A stretch of 52,643 nt of DNA. It comes from an uncultured Dehalococcoidia bacterium (GTDB lineage: Bacteria; Chloroflexota; Dehalococcoidia; Lucifugimonadales; CAUZEB01). A program made the translations under genes and the position numbers. Numbering within the stretch: position 1 is the stretch's first letter; every line of letters starts with the position of its first letter. Positions 1-11,290 of the stretch are shown here, piece by piece. A model generated the notes under the pieces. The model saw only the letters and a list, made by a program, of their open reading frames with translations, made no database searches and was not told the origin of the DNA. The stretch lies in NCBI GenBank assembly GCA_964431885.1, contig CAYSLK010000014.1, forward strand, positions 1 through 52,643, in the 5' to 3' direction.

Positions 1-1
1 A

Positions 2-751
2 TCTATAGGCGTCGTGTGTCCATTTTTAGGAGCACATGTAATAACCCGTGAGATGAGTTTTATGGGCGACGCTTTAGCTCACGCTGTTCTGCCAGGTATG
101 GTAGTAGCATACGCTGTAGGATTCAGCCCACTGATTGGAGCAATACCGATGGGAATCATCGTAGCTTTGACAATCGGATACCTAGTTAAGAAATCCAATA
201 TTTCCAATGACACCTCAATCGGTATTCTTTTTACTGGTCTATTTGCCCTGGGCTTAGTCCTTCTCTCATTACTCGGAGGCACCAGAATCAATGTGGAAGA
301 TATATTACTTGGACAAGTAATGAGTACATCAAATACAGATGTATTTGTAACAATATGTCTAACAGTAGTCACACTTATTTTGATGATTCTTCTATATAAG
401 CAGATGGTGTTTATAGGGTTTGACTTTGAAGGCGCCACCGTAGCAGGATTACCCGCGGCAAAAATTAACTACTTATTGTTAGCACTTTTATCAATTGTAA
501 TTGTAGTAACCCTACAGGTTGTAGGAATCATTTTGGTTGTTGGGATGTTAATAACACCCGCTGCAGCCTCTAGCATTATAGTTAGACGTTTCTCAACAGT
601 AATATTTGTGGGGATTTTGTTCGGTGTAAGTTCGGCCGTAATAGGTCTATATCTATCCTACCACCTTAATCTACCATCTGGACCATCAATCGCTCTGACC
701 TCAACCATCATATTTGTTCTGGCCTTTTTACTGAAATGGCGTCGGCATTAG
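2..751 (+). CDS. Metal (Mn/Zn/Fe) ABC transporter permease, ZnuB/MntB family; 5'-truncated by window edge
   Basis: Hydrophobic ORF with ABC-3 family motifs FMGDALAHAVLPG, VGIILVVGMLITPAAAS, LPSGPSI; frame is open back to position 2. Confidence 0.9.
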   Translation, partial: SIGVVCPFLGAHVITREMSFMGDALAHAVLPGMVVAYAVGFSPLIGAIPMGIIVALTIGYLVKKSNISNDTSIGILFTGLFALGLVLLSLLGGTRINVEDILLGQVMSTSNTDVFVTICLTVVTLILMILLYKQMVFIGFDFEGATVAGLPAAKINYLLLALLSIVIVVTLQVVGIILVVGMLITPAAASSIIVRRFSTVIFVGILFGVSSAVIGLYLSYHLNLPSGPSIALTSTIIFVLAFLLKWRRH

Positions 752-818
752 ATTCCTAACATCTAATGCCAGCCTGTACAAAGTATCGTTTCAATCTGAA
801 CTCACTTCAGAACAAAGA

Positions 819-1469
819 CTACCTTTCATAATTCTTGATATAATCAGGTACAGATGTTGAATGACGCATTAGAGGATCTGTTATTGGATCACCGAATTGT
901 CGCATTATAGGTATGGTCCCAGCCCAGACCGGTAGCTCATAATCTTTTTCGTCATCATTGGGAGGACCAACTCGAATCTTTGCCGACATTTCATTCAACG
1001 GATAGCTAATAACAGTGGTATCAAGGAGATCTTTGTTAGAAATTGGCTTTAACCCGTCATCCGAACGCCCAGGAACCAGATGATCCATGAAGGCGTTGAG
1101 CACAGTGAGCTTTTCTGCTTTCTGTTCAACTTTTGTACCAGACCCATAAATAATCACGGATCTATAGTTCATAGAATGATTAAATCCTGATCTTGCCAAT
1201 ACTAAACCATCTAATCTGGTTACGCTTATACATGCCATTATCCCAGAAGCCAGCGCTTTGATGTTTCCAGCCACACGGCTACCATGTATGAAAATCTCGT
1301 CTTCAATCCTTGCGAATGCAGTCGGTATAAGTCTAGGCTCACCTTTGATAACATAGGAAATATGACATATTAATGCACTATCAAGTATCGGATATATGAC
1401 TTCTCTGTCATAATATGCCCGCTTCGGCATACGGTTTATGGTGGTTCGTCTAGTTTTCTTATTAAGCAA
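819..1469 (-). CDS. Pyridoxamine 5'-phosphate oxidase-like flavin-binding protein (NimA/Pyridox_ox_2-like)
   Basis: Motifs RMPKRAYYDRE, LDGLVLARSGFNHSMNYRSV, SAKIRVGPPND, WAG; start moved to TTG at 1469, which follows an AAGGAG RBS. Confidence 0.85.
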   Translation of the reverse strand: MLNKKTRRTTINRMPKRAYYDREVIYPILDSALICHISYVIKGEPRLIPTAFARIEDEIFIHGSRVAGNIKALASGIMACISVTRLDGLVLARSGFNHSMNYRSVIIYGSGTKVEQKAEKLTVLNAFMDHLVPGRSDDGLKPISNKDLLDTTVISYPLNEMSAKIRVGPPNDDEKDYELPVWAGTIPIMRQFGDPITDPLMRHSTSVPDYIKNYER

Positions 1470-1707
1470 GTTACTACACTCCTTTAAGGGATTGTAAACC
1501 GATATCTTTTCACCAGTCAAAGTTAGAGTTATTACCAAGATACAGATTTTGAGTAGTTCATGCTTCGTCAATATAATCTCAGCTAGACTAGCTCTAAGAA
1601 TCTGAAAAAGTTAGCTTTTATCATCAATTTGAAAAGGATCTGTAGTCCCTCTTACTAGATTTATTAAGGTTATTAATCAAGGGCAAGATCAGGTTATACT
1701 ACATTAC

Positions 1708-2583
1708 ATGTCGTATTTAGCTCTTAGTCTAGTAATATCTTCAGCGTTAATACACCCTATATGGAACTTCCTGCTTAAGCGCGGAAGAAACCATAATATA
1801 TTTATTTGGCTAGCGGCCATATGCAGCGGCATATTGTTTATTCCTCTGGGCATCGTCTTGTATCCACAGCACCCGGTAAATCTGTCAGGATGGTTGTATA
1901 TTACAGGTACCATTATCCTACACGCACTTTATTTTACTCTGCTTGGCCGCAGTTATTCCAAAGCGAACCTCTCATTTGTATATCCAATCGTCCGAGGTTC
2001 AGGTGCTGCACTTGTACCTATATTAGGTGTAATTATTTTTGGCGAGCTTGTCTCTTTAGGAGCTGTATTTGGAATACTCGCCATCGTAGTCGGAATATAT
2101 ACAATATATCTATGGGGTAGAGTTTCCTATATTTTTTACAACCCAGTTCGCATGCTTAATGATCCAGGAAACATATCTGCTATATTAACTGGTCTAACTA
2201 CTGCTGCCTATACTTTATGGGATAAAGCAGGAGTAGCTCATGTGACGCCATTACTCTACATGTACTTTATGTTCTTGGGGACTGGGCTCCTACTATCGCC
2301 TTACATGGTTTTTCGACATGGGGTTCAAGCCATACTAAGGGAACTAAAACTAAATAAGCTGTCAATTTTAGCTGTGGGAATTTTAATGTGCGTTTCTTAC
2401 GGATTTGTATTAAGCGCGTTACAATTATCCAAAGTTAGCTATATAGCTCCAGTAAGGGAAGTTGGCATAGTAATCGGTGTTTTACTAGGTTCACTTTTTT
2501 TGGAAGAGTCTTACACAACAGGTAGAATAATAGGGTCTTTACTGATTGTGTTGGGTGTAGTGTTAATCAGCGTATCACCATAA
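1708..2583 (+). CDS. DMT/EamA family transporter
   Basis: 291 aa, about 10 TM segments, two-repeat EamA pattern (LHPIWN, LSFVYPIVRG, YTLWDK, SYIAPVRE). Confidence 0.85.
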   Translation: MSYLALSLVISSALIHPIWNFLLKRGRNHNIFIWLAAICSGILFIPLGIVLYPQHPVNLSGWLYITGTIILHALYFTLLGRSYSKANLSFVYPIVRGSGAALVPILGVIIFGELVSLGAVFGILAIVVGIYTIYLWGRVSYIFYNPVRMLNDPGNISAILTGLTTAAYTLWDKAGVAHVTPLLYMYFMFLGTGLLLSPYMVFRHGVQAILRELKLNKLSILAVGILMCVSYGFVLSALQLSKVSYIAPVREVGIVIGVLLGSLFLEESYTTGRIIGSLLIVLGVVLISVSP

Positions 2584-2672
2584 ACCTTAGTGTGTTCTAA
2601 ACATTTAGAGGATTCAAGGATTCATTTACTCTAGTTTTGATGACTAATAATTAACCTTTAAATCACAATAAC

Positions 2673-3530
2673 CTAAAGTCCATCGATAAAGGAGAGTTCT
2701 TCTGCTAATTCAGCCTCAGTGTAGTAATGTTCCAAAAGTATTGTCGCATCCAAATATTTAACTGATCTGTGAAATTCGACAGGTAGGGTTCCTTTTCCAA
2801 CCGGCAAATGGGAATCATCTCTACCTCTTACGTCATACAAATAGTTATCACTCCAGTGAACATGTGAAATTAAATCTGGGCGAAACAAAAAGGAATTGAT
2901 TTTTGATTCTCTCTCCTTTGATGGAAATCTGTGCGCATACGTACAGACGTGACTTGTATCTAAGCATAATCGTACATTTTGGCGATCTACGTCTAGGCAA
3001 ATTTGAATCCACTCCTCAGGATGCATGCCAAATGCTTCATTCATAGTAGGCCAATTCACTTCATAGAGCGAAGTTGAAACAGAAATTCCATTAAGTTCCC
3101 AGTAGCTATTTATATTTTCTAGCACTATTTCGATATCATATTTCGCAGCATATTCAGCCAAAATCCTTACAGACTCGATATGTCTTTCATAATCTCCCAC
3201 CTGACCTCTGGCTTGAGTCTCTGCAATCCAACGTTTTAATGCAAAATGCATATTAAACTGTTTTACGTAGGGGAATAAAGAGCATTTATCCAAGTAGTCT
3301 TTGAAAACCGCAAGACTTAAGTCCCGGAATTCGTCGTCAATGGCCGCAATGTTTAATCGTTCTCTTCCTATCATTGTAGGAGCATGTGCACTATACAAGA
3401 CATTTGCATATTCAGGGAACTCTTCGATGTTGTCCCTCAGAGAACTTTCAGCCCTCAGATTGTATTTCTCTATAAGATCCAGACCAGCATTGATTGGTAC
3501 GGCTAAAGGATGTTTTATTTGTGCTGTCAT
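2673..3530 (-). CDS. Xylose isomerase-like TIM-barrel protein (sugar phosphate isomerase/epimerase, AP endonuclease 2 family)
   Basis: Metal-ligand motifs VLEN, CLDTSH, HVHWSDN, DSHLPVGKG, ILLE; ATG at 3530 after AAGGAG. Confidence 0.8.
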   Translation of the reverse strand: MTAQIKHPLAVPINAGLDLIEKYNLRAESSLRDNIEEFPEYANVLYSAHAPTMIGRERLNIAAIDDEFRDLSLAVFKDYLDKCSLFPYVKQFNMHFALKRWIAETQARGQVGDYERHIESVRILAEYAAKYDIEIVLENINSYWELNGISVSTSLYEVNWPTMNEAFGMHPEEWIQICLDVDRQNVRLCLDTSHVCTYAHRFPSKERESKINSFLFRPDLISHVHWSDNYLYDVRGRDDSHLPVGKGTLPVEFHRSVKYLDATILLEHYYTEAELAEELSFIDGL

Positions 3531-3561
3531 ATTCGCGCTCCTTAAAGACAATTTACTGATC

Positions 3562-3924
3562 TTATTTTCGTTTTATCCAGTTCCAAATAACGACTGGACT
3601 ACTCCAAACTATCCCTCCGACTAATCCCAGTATAAGGATTGTTACTACAACCTTAATACTGGGACCGGGTCCTCCAAACATTGGCCCTAACAAAGGCACC
3701 AATAAGGTCATATATGCTACACCCATTAAGATTGGCACATTAAAATGAGTGGCTCTACCGACAACTATTGACACTGCAGCAGGACTTATCAAAGCAATGA
3801 TAAATTCGGGTAATGTCAACAGATTGTCATTTGAGAGAAGAAAGGTTGTTAAAAAGAATAGCAGCCCAGCTAGAGATCCAGTTATACCACCAATTGACCA
3901 AATTTTTATTAGTTTCATTCTCAT
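3562..3924 (-). CDS. Hypothetical membrane protein (about 4 TM)
   Basis: 120-aa hydrophobic ORF, co-oriented with neighbours; no recognised motif. Confidence 0.65.
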   Translation of the reverse strand: MRMKLIKIWSIGGITGSLAGLLFFLTTFLLSNDNLLTLPEFIIALISPAAVSIVVGRATHFNVPILMGVAYMTLLVPLLGPMFGGPGPSIKVVVTILILGLVGGIVWSSPVVIWNWIKRK

Positions 3925-4084
3925 CTTTCACACACAAGCAGTGGATAGATAGACCGATGGTCAGACTGTAAGACCTATAACCAACTCATCGCAACTCTTA
4001 ATCATCGCTCCTCATGCCAATTTATACGATGTTCCTGTTGATAAAATAACGTTGTTACATTCGGGATAATGTAATTCTAGGCTC

Positions 4085-4840
4085 CTAACTCTCATGTTCC
4101 CAAAGACTTCTGGTTCCCACATCAACACCTCCATCGACCGATAAAGTTTGTCCAGTTATCCAGGCAGATTCGTCGCAGGCAAAAAACAATGCGGCATAGG
4201 CTATGTCTTGGGGATATCCCGTTCTAGCAAGCGTGCCTGGAACCGGCCTTATTCTGTCTCCTTCACGTAAACCACGAAATAATCCAGCACCAATGGTATT
4301 GACTCGAATATTATCTGCCTGAAATTCTCTTGCTAGATTCTGAGATAAAGCAATGGTTCCTCCTTTAGCTGCTCCATAGGCTACATTGCCCTCCTGTCTA
4401 ACGTTGAAACTTGCTGCTACAGTAACTATCGATCCACCTCCTTGTTCTTTCATAATGGGCCGAACCGACTGAGCCAAGTTATACAAGCTATTCATAGTGT
4501 TGCTGATGGTCGAATTCCAAAAGTTTTCATCTACATCCGACAATTTTCGTTGAGGATCGAAGTTTCCACCAGCGGCAGAATAAACAACATCAATCCGACC
4601 ATATTCATCCAATACTCTTTTAACTAGATCATCTACTTGCGATTTCACAGACAAGTCTCCAGGGATAATCATAGCCGTTCCTCCGGCAGCTCGTATCTGA
4701 TCTGATGTTTCTTTTAATTTTTCATGTCCTCTCGCCGTCAATACAACTTTCGCCCCCTCTTGTGAAAACAAAAGAGCAGTAGCGCGACCCATACCTTGAC
4801 CAATACCCGACAGAAGGGCGACCTTATTCGCAAGTCTCAT
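4085..4840 (-). CDS. Short-chain dehydrogenase/reductase (SDR)
   Basis: SGIGQGMG Rossmann motif, YGAAK catalytic motif, IRVNTI, ITGQTLSVDGG; AGGAG RBS. Confidence 0.92.
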   Translation of the reverse strand: MRLANKVALLSGIGQGMGRATALLFSQEGAKVVLTARGHEKLKETSDQIRAAGGTAMIIPGDLSVKSQVDDLVKRVLDEYGRIDVVYSAAGGNFDPQRKLSDVDENFWNSTISNTMNSLYNLAQSVRPIMKEQGGGSIVTVAASFNVRQEGNVAYGAAKGGTIALSQNLAREFQADNIRVNTIGAGLFRGLREGDRIRPVPGTLARTGYPQDIAYAALFFACDESAWITGQTLSVDGGVDVGTRSLWEHES

Positions 4841-4988
4841 TTTGACTCCTTAATAAATATTTTTCTATACTTTTGGTTTCAATATATTATTGGCCGACTA
4901 ATATCCTTGAGCATGAACAGCGAAACTAAAGTTAGTATAACCCAACGAATCATTAAGTGGACTCTTAATCGAATACAGCATTGGTTTA

Positions 4989-5597
4989 TCACGTGTTTTG
5001 GTCTTGGCTAACAGGCGTTCTGAACATTCGGGACAACATTGGTACCAAGATGGTACCTAGAACATCTATAATAACTAGAACTCCTAAAATGCGAGCCATC
5101 ATATCGTGCATTTCCTCGGTCCAAACAACGATCTGCAGGATGGCCCCTACAATCACAATAATTCCTAAAGTCAGTCTTTGACATATGGAAATCAAAATGT
5201 TAGTAGGGGTCGCTATTAACATCAATAAGGCATGATTAGTACCAATTGCTAATATACCAAGAGACGCAATAGTTTTAAATAGAATTTCATTGTCCGAACC
5301 CTTCCCCCATATTGCCAAGACAACTAATCCATATAGGATTAAAGCTGTGATTATACCTGCAACCGAGAGATGAACATATCGGCGCCGTTCAATATGAAAA
5401 AAACTAGGTAATGAAATTATACTGAAGATCGCCAAAGAGGTTGCCGTCATCAACACTTTACCATCGGTTCCATCAAAGTCACCTACTAAAATAATGGATA
5501 CACCAATTACTGCGTTTATGATCAGGGAAATAACCAGCACGGCTAGAGCTAATCTAGTGGGCCGATAAAAATAATTACTGGATAGTAAATCACTCAA
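4989..5597 (-). CDS. Hypothetical membrane protein (about 6 TM)
   Basis: Hydrophobic ORF; TTG at 5597 preceded by AGGTG is the likelier start (track start 5606). Confidence 0.7.
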   Translation of the reverse strand: MSDLLSSNYFYRPTRLALAVLVISLIINAVIGVSIILVGDFDGTDGKVLMTATSLAIFSIISLPSFFHIERRRYVHLSVAGIITALILYGLVVLAIWGKGSDNEILFKTIASLGILAIGTNHALLMLIATPTNILISICQRLTLGIIVIVGAILQIVVWTEEMHDMMARILGVLVIIDVLGTILVPMLSRMFRTPVSQDQNT

Positions 5598-6152
5598 TAT
5601 TAACACCTATAAATCAGCTGAACGACATTCACGGCATATCCACCTGAGTTCATTCAACCTGTATCGGTTGGACGTTGCATACTCCATCAATAGTAATATG
5701 AAATTTCGGTAACCTCTTTAGGTCGTTTAAATAGACTTGTTACGGCTTATAAGCCTTGACGAAAATGATTAAGCAGGAGTCTATCAAAGTGGTCTCGGAC
5801 AAAAAGGGGTGATGCGAGAGTTATCCATTTTGCCCAGTACACCCAAGGGTGTTTCAGTAAATAACGGGGGTTCATACATCTCTGCTTGCATTTGAGTTGA
5901 CCGCTGTTCTTGGATCAGAAGATGTGCTAAGACTTCAAAGCCAGCCTTAGCACACCCTCAATATTCCACCAAAAACCCCTTACAACTAGGATCAAGTGTC
6001 TATATCGTCAGTTTCATGAAAACATTATCTCAAACAGTCTGAGATTTCAAGTAAGTCTTAACGAAGGACTACCTAATAACTGGGTTAACTTATTTGACTG
6101 CCTATCCTTTTCATGCGACTATTGCGGAGCATTGATATCCAGGAGGTTACCG

Positions 6153-7160
6153 ATGTCAACTTTGACCACCGCACAGATTAAATCCTTTGAAAAAGAAGGA
6201 TATTTATTAGTTCAGAACCTATTGAATCCTGAAAGGATTTTGGATCCTTTGATAAATGAATATGAATTGGTATTAGACCGATTGGCTACCTCGCTTTACA
6301 ATAAAGGTGAGATTTCTTCTCTATTTAAAGGGTTAGATTTTAGTGATCGCATGATTGAAATCGTGAGGGAATCAAGAAGCTGTCATGCGCAATATTTCGA
6401 TATGCACCTTCCAATAAAAGATTGTAAGCTGGATACTCCTTTTTGGACCGGTCCTGCCGTATTTAACGTTCTAACGTCAGATGACTTATTGGACGCAGTG
6501 GAATCTCTCATCGGTTATGAAATTTACTCCAATCCTATTCAACACGTCCGTATAAAGCCGCCTGAAAAGTTCGTCCCTAAGAATAAGTACGGTGAACCAA
6601 TACTTGGTCGAACTATTTGGCATCAGGATCACGGAGTAACCACAGAAGAGGCGGATGAAACTCAGATGTTGACCGTGTGGATGTCATTACAAGATGCCAC
6701 AGTTGAAAAGGGACCCCTACTAGTAGTGCCAGGTAGCCACAAAACTGGCTTGTTGACCCATTGCCCCAATTATTTTGGTAATGGAGTAGCAACAGCCGGA
6801 CAAACCCAAATACCAGAACAATTGTTTGATGTCGAAAATTCCCTCCCACTGCCAACTAAAAGAGGGGACGTGATTTTTATGCACAAGCAAACTATTCATG
6901 GATCACTGCCAAATCTGAGCGATGAGGTAAGGTGGAGTCTAGACCTGAGGTATAATCCGATTGGACAGGCCACCGGCCGATCTGTATTTCCTGGTTTTGT
7001 AGCTCGTAGCCGTGTAAATCCGGAAAGCATACTTAGAGATCCTGAAGAATGGAATAACACGTGGCTGGCAACCCGTGAGAATATGTCCGTGATTAACCAA
7101 GGTGAGGAAGTCGAATTTAGGAGAACACGCTGGGATGGTGGTCAACTAGAATGCGCATAA
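6153..7160 (+). CDS. Phytanoyl-CoA dioxygenase (PhyH) family Fe(II)/2-oxoglutarate oxygenase
   Basis: HxD motif (WHQD), distal His (IHGSLPN), RWSLDLRY, VPGSH; AGGAGG RBS before ATG 6153. Confidence 0.9.
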   Translation: MSTLTTAQIKSFEKEGYLLVQNLLNPERILDPLINEYELVLDRLATSLYNKGEISSLFKGLDFSDRMIEIVRESRSCHAQYFDMHLPIKDCKLDTPFWTGPAVFNVLTSDDLLDAVESLIGYEIYSNPIQHVRIKPPEKFVPKNKYGEPILGRTIWHQDHGVTTEEADETQMLTVWMSLQDATVEKGPLLVVPGSHKTGLLTHCPNYFGNGVATAGQTQIPEQLFDVENSLPLPTKRGDVIFMHKQTIHGSLPNLSDEVRWSLDLRYNPIGQATGRSVFPGFVARSRVNPESILRDPEEWNNTWLATRENMSVINQGEEVEFRRTRWDGGQLECA

Positions 7161-7344
7161 TTCTTATGCCTGATTTATTTTCATGGAAACGGGCTACTAT
7201 TACATAATAAAAGAGTCCTACATCGTACCAGACCAAGTATCAGAGTTCATATTTACTAGCTTACAGTAAAAACCAATGGTATATGTGTGCATTTGATTAG
7301 ATGGACTATAGAGAAAAGTAAAGCGTTCGGGGGAGATCTTCATT

Positions 7345-8772
7345 ATGAATGACGACCTGGCTTTCACCTCATCAATTAACTTACTAGAGCTTATTGCAAC
7401 TAAAGAAATATCACCCGTAGAAATTACTCAACTTTATCTTAATAGAATAGAAAAACTTGATAGCCATTTAAACTCCTATCTTCTATTAACTGCAGACCTA
7501 GCTATTGAACAAGCGCGCAAGTCAGAAAATGACTTGATGACAGGCGCCGATATAGGCCCTCTACATGGTCTCCCAATTTCAGTAAAAGATTCCCAAATGA
7601 CTAAAGGAATAAGAACAACACTCGGTTCCATAGCTCTCAAGGACAATATTCCTACCAAAGACGCCGCGATTATTGAGAAAGTAAAGAAAGCTGGTGCAAT
7701 CATATTAGGTAAAACTAACCTGCCTGAATTTGGTGCAGTAGGTACTTGTGAAAATCACTTAGGAGATGACGGTCGAAATCCTTGGAACACTTCTTACACC
7801 CCCGGTGGTTCAAGTGGCGGAGCTGCAGCTGCAGTAGCGGCGGGGCTTTGTGCACTGGCAACAGGAGGAGATGGCGGTGGTTCTATACGTATTCCTGCCA
7901 GTTTTTGTGGTATATACGGTATTAAACCGTCCCAGGGACGAGTATCCGGATTCAGCGGAGTGGAAAGCGAAACGCCTATGCCCAATATATTTGGTCAACC
8001 TGGCCCACTAAGCCGTACAGTTGCTGATTCAGCATTACTTCTAAACGTTATAGCTGGACACGATCCCAGAGATCCCACTACGGCTAGAAAACCCGTGCCA
8101 GATTTCATGTCCTCAATTAACAAGGATATTAAAGGGTTGCGGATCGCCTGGAGTCCTAATTACGGATTTGCATCCGTAGATCAAGAGGTCATTGATGTTT
8201 GTTATAAAGCTGCCATGATATTTGAACAACTAGGATGCCAGATTGAAGAGACTTCGCTAAAGCTTGAATCACCCTACGATGCCTACGGACCGATCTACGA
8301 ATTAGATGCGTACATGTCTTACGGTCAGTATTATCAAAGCCACAAGGACAAATTAACTCACTTTGCCAAATATTTCATAGAATCTGGTTCTCGTATTTCT
8401 GCTCCAGAACTCAGCCAAGCACTGGGCTTAATAGAAGTATTGAAATCTAAGATAAATACATTCTTCTCTGAGTATGATTTATTGATTTCGCCGACGCTTT
8501 CTGTAGCCGGTATACCCATTGGAGAATTTCCATCAGAAATCGCTGGTAAGCCCTCTTACCCTCACAAATATTTTGGCTTCCATCCGTTTACATATCCAAT
8601 CAATGCTGTAGGCTGCACGGCCGCGAGTATTCCAGCTGGTTTTTCCTCGGAAGGTCTTCCTATAGGGTTACATATTGTTGGTCGCAAATGGGAAGAGGAA
8701 ACGGTCTTTGCAGCCTCAGCAGCCCTAGAGAAAGCTAATCCATGGATAGGCTTCAGGCCCAAGATATCATAA
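7345..8772 (+). CDS. Amidase signature family enzyme
   Basis: [39 protein letters not shown] (Ser-cisSer-Lys triad). Confidence 0.93.
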   Translation: MNDDLAFTSSINLLELIATKEISPVEITQLYLNRIEKLDSHLNSYLLLTADLAIEQARKSENDLMTGADIGPLHGLPISVKDSQMTKGIRTTLGSIALKDNIPTKDAAIIEKVKKAGAIILGKTNLPEFGAVGTCENHLGDDGRNPWNTSYTPGGSSGGAAAAVAAGLCALATGGDGGGSIRIPASFCGIYGIKPSQGRVSGFSGVESETPMPNIFGQPGPLSRTVADSALLLNVIAGHDPRDPTTARKPVPDFMSSINKDIKGLRIAWSPNYGFASVDQEVIDVCYKAAMIFEQLGCQIEETSLKLESPYDAYGPIYELDAYMSYGQYYQSHKDKLTHFAKYFIESGSRISAPELSQALGLIEVLKSKINTFFSEYDLLISPTLSVAGIPIGEFPSEIAGKPSYPHKYFGFHPFTYPINAVGCTAASIPAGFSSEGLPIGLHIVGRKWEEETVFAASAALEKANPWIGFRPKIS

Positions 8773-8968
8773 TTAACTCTTGTATATATATAGTATTAAC
8801 AGCACGGAAACCTCAAAGGAATTAATCTTAGATTTAAATATGGAAAATTGCCTTTATTCAGGTGACACGCTAAACGGTCACATGAGTGAGCCAACGAATC
8901 TAATCTAACTCTACTAAGAAAAGGATGGAGTAATAATTTAAGATCTATATATAAGACATCGTGTAAAG

Positions 8969-10156
8969 GTGAATATCTCTGTGAAATCCCAATTCCCTTC
9001 CTTACTTATATCCATACCAAAAGGTGTTCTTGATCTTGGCTGGGGTCATCCTTCGCCTAGATTACATCCCAACGGAATTTTGAAAGCTGCGGCAGACAAG
9101 GTATTATCCCAAGACAGTACACCCCTCCAATATGGAGCCATCCAAGGTTTTGGACCTCTCTTGGAATCTCTTACAACATTCCTGTCAGATGATGATTCAT
9201 ACAGAAGTTGTCTGTTAACGCCTGAGCATCTTTTCCTGACCAGTGGTGCTTCACAGGCAGTCGACTTCGCATCTACTTTGTTCGCCGAAGATGGGGATAC
9301 CGTGTTTGTAGAAGATCCGACATATTATCTAATAAGTTCGATCTTTAGAGATCATCGTATGAATATAATTGGTGTACCAACCGATCACTTGGGGCTAAAT
9401 GTGGACGCTCTAGAAGCTATGCTATCAGATAACTCTATAGCGAAGCCTAAATTCCTTTATACTATGCCCTCTTTTCAAAACCCAACCGGATCGGTCATGC
9501 CACCATTCAGACGTAAACGACTAATCGAACTAGCTCGAACCTACGATTTCCTCATTTTAGCTGATGAAGTATATCAATTACTTTATTACGGATCTCCACC
9601 ACCTATGCCTCTAGCCGGATTTGACACCTCAGAATCAGGTTGTGTCCTTTCGATCGGTTCCTTTTCCAAGATATTAGCTCCTGGACTAAGATTGGGGTGG
9701 ATCCATGCCCAGCCAAATCTCATAGATCGATTCAAAACTGCTGGCATGGCCGTGAGTGGTGGTGGACTTAACCATTTCTCTTCTACACTAGTTCAACAAA
9801 CACTATTTTCAGGCCTTTTAAGAGATAATATAGAGAAACTCAAGGATACTTATTCCACCCGTGTTGATACGATGGCAAACAGTCTCCTCGATTATCCCTC
9901 TGATTTCGATTATTATCCTCCAACTGGAGGTTTCTTTTTTTGGCTTACGCTCAAAGAAGAAATCAATACAAGTGATCTACTAAAGCACGCTAGTAAAAAC
10001 GGGGTCCTCTACCGCCCGGGGATGGAATTTTCCCCTTCAAATTCGTTTACCGATTCGTTGAGGCTTAGTTTTACTCTCTATGAATCTGATAATCTGGCGG
10101 AAGCGCTGAAACGTTTACACATCTCTATAGAAGACTACAGGCACCTCAATTCCTGA
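8969..10156 (+). CDS. PLP-dependent class I/II aminotransferase (LysN/MocR-like subgroup, no HTH)
   Basis: FQNPTG, ILADEVY, GSFSKILAPGLRLGW (PLP lysine). Confidence 0.9.
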   Translation: MNISVKSQFPSLLISIPKGVLDLGWGHPSPRLHPNGILKAAADKVLSQDSTPLQYGAIQGFGPLLESLTTFLSDDDSYRSCLLTPEHLFLTSGASQAVDFASTLFAEDGDTVFVEDPTYYLISSIFRDHRMNIIGVPTDHLGLNVDALEAMLSDNSIAKPKFLYTMPSFQNPTGSVMPPFRRKRLIELARTYDFLILADEVYQLLYYGSPPPMPLAGFDTSESGCVLSIGSFSKILAPGLRLGWIHAQPNLIDRFKTAGMAVSGGGLNHFSSTLVQQTLFSGLLRDNIEKLKDTYSTRVDTMANSLLDYPSDFDYYPPTGGFFFWLTLKEEINTSDLLKHASKNGVLYRPGMEFSPSNSFTDSLRLSFTLYESDNLAEALKRLHISIEDYRHLNS

Positions 10157-10221
10157 CAATCTTATGAAGTATCATGCTAAGTCCTTCTGGTTCCCACAGA
10201 AATGCATGGTTGTTTCAAGAA

Positions 10222-11175
10222 TTAATATACAATGTTTGGTGGCACGCCTTTAAGGCGATACTCTGTAATAATTCGAACCGTTTCGTTAGCTATTGATAAT
10301 TGAGCTTCCTTTGTTTGGCCTCCGATGTGATGAGTCCCGATAACTCCATCCAATTCAAATAACGCATTGTTTATTTGCCCCCGGCCCGTGGCAGGCTCAT
10401 TAGCAAACACGTCTATTCCGATTTTTAAACCACGATTCTTAATGGCATCGACCAAAGCTATTTCATCCACGACTTCAGCACGTGATGTGTTAATTAAATA
10501 GGAACCAGGACGCATAGCACTCAGAAAATCCCTATCGACAAAAGAGTGAGTATCTTCATTTAACGCAACATGTAGACTGACAATATCAGATGAAGAAGCC
10601 ACCTCTAAAAGATTAGTCTTCATATGGATAGCCAGGTTAGTTGCTCTTTCAGAAGTCAGATTCCTACTCCATCCCACCACTTTCATCCCAAAGGCCTTGG
10701 CTCTGGGGATCATGGACTCTCCTATTGTACCGAGACCTATTAAACCCAGAGTTCTACCATAAAGTCCATAGCCATTACTATAAGCAGCTTTGTTCCATAA
10801 TCCAATCTTGAGATCTGCTACATTTTGAGGTATGTGCCTATCCAGTGAAATCATAAGTCCAAACGCCAGTTCCACGACTGCATTTGCATTCTTGCCCGGG
10901 CAGTTACACACAAAAATGTTTTTAGCTTTAGCAACGGCAATGTCTATATTATTAAAACCGGCCCCGGCTCTAATCACCAATTTAAGATTGTCTACATTCA
11001 ACGCTGATTCTATAACTCTGGTGCTCCTGACAACTAAGATATCTGTACAATGCTGTCTGATAGCATCAGTAAGAGTATTCACTGTAATTTCCGGTTTATA
11101 TGCTACTCTAAATCCTGATTCACATAATTTTTCCCGGGCTAATTCCGAAAATCTATCGGCAATAAAAACGTTCAT
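10222..11175 (-). CDS. D-3-phosphoglycerate dehydrogenase-like D-2-hydroxyacid dehydrogenase (no ACT domain)
   Basis: VVRST, RAGAGFNNID, GLGTIG, INTSRA, DVFANEP, HHIGGQT. Confidence 0.85.
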   Translation of the reverse strand: MNVFIADRFSELAREKLCESGFRVAYKPEITVNTLTDAIRQHCTDILVVRSTRVIESALNVDNLKLVIRAGAGFNNIDIAVAKAKNIFVCNCPGKNANAVVELAFGLMISLDRHIPQNVADLKIGLWNKAAYSNGYGLYGRTLGLIGLGTIGESMIPRAKAFGMKVVGWSRNLTSERATNLAIHMKTNLLEVASSSDIVSLHVALNEDTHSFVDRDFLSAMRPGSYLINTSRAEVVDEIALVDAIKNRGLKIGIDVFANEPATGRGQINNALFELDGVIGTHHIGGQTKEAQLSIANETVRIITEYRLKGVPPNIVY

Positions 11176-11290
11176 TTTGTCTATCTTCTACATCCATCAT
11201 CGGCAGGATTATACATGTGGATAATAACTTAACACTGCTATTAGACTATGATTTCAGGTGGTGCCTAAATGGTACTGGAGCAGATACCAG

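Noticed and set aside
3925-4005. Upstream in-frame extension of the 3562..3924 gene containing two TGA codons
   Set aside because: No redox motif around the TGAs, no SECIS-like hairpin and poor RBS spacing; not a selenoprotein candidate
5607-5687. 26-aa minus-strand ORF (MEYATS...WICRECRSADL) in frame with the downstream membrane gene across a TAG
   Set aside because: Single CxxC, no convincing RBS, and the downstream gene has its own AGGTG + TTG start; readthrough is unsupported
5806-5971. tmRNA/tRNA-like ends (GGGGTGA ... TTCCACCA)
   Set aside because: Acceptor stem would be mostly G-U or mismatched, there is no T-loop (TTCGA) and the length fits neither RNA
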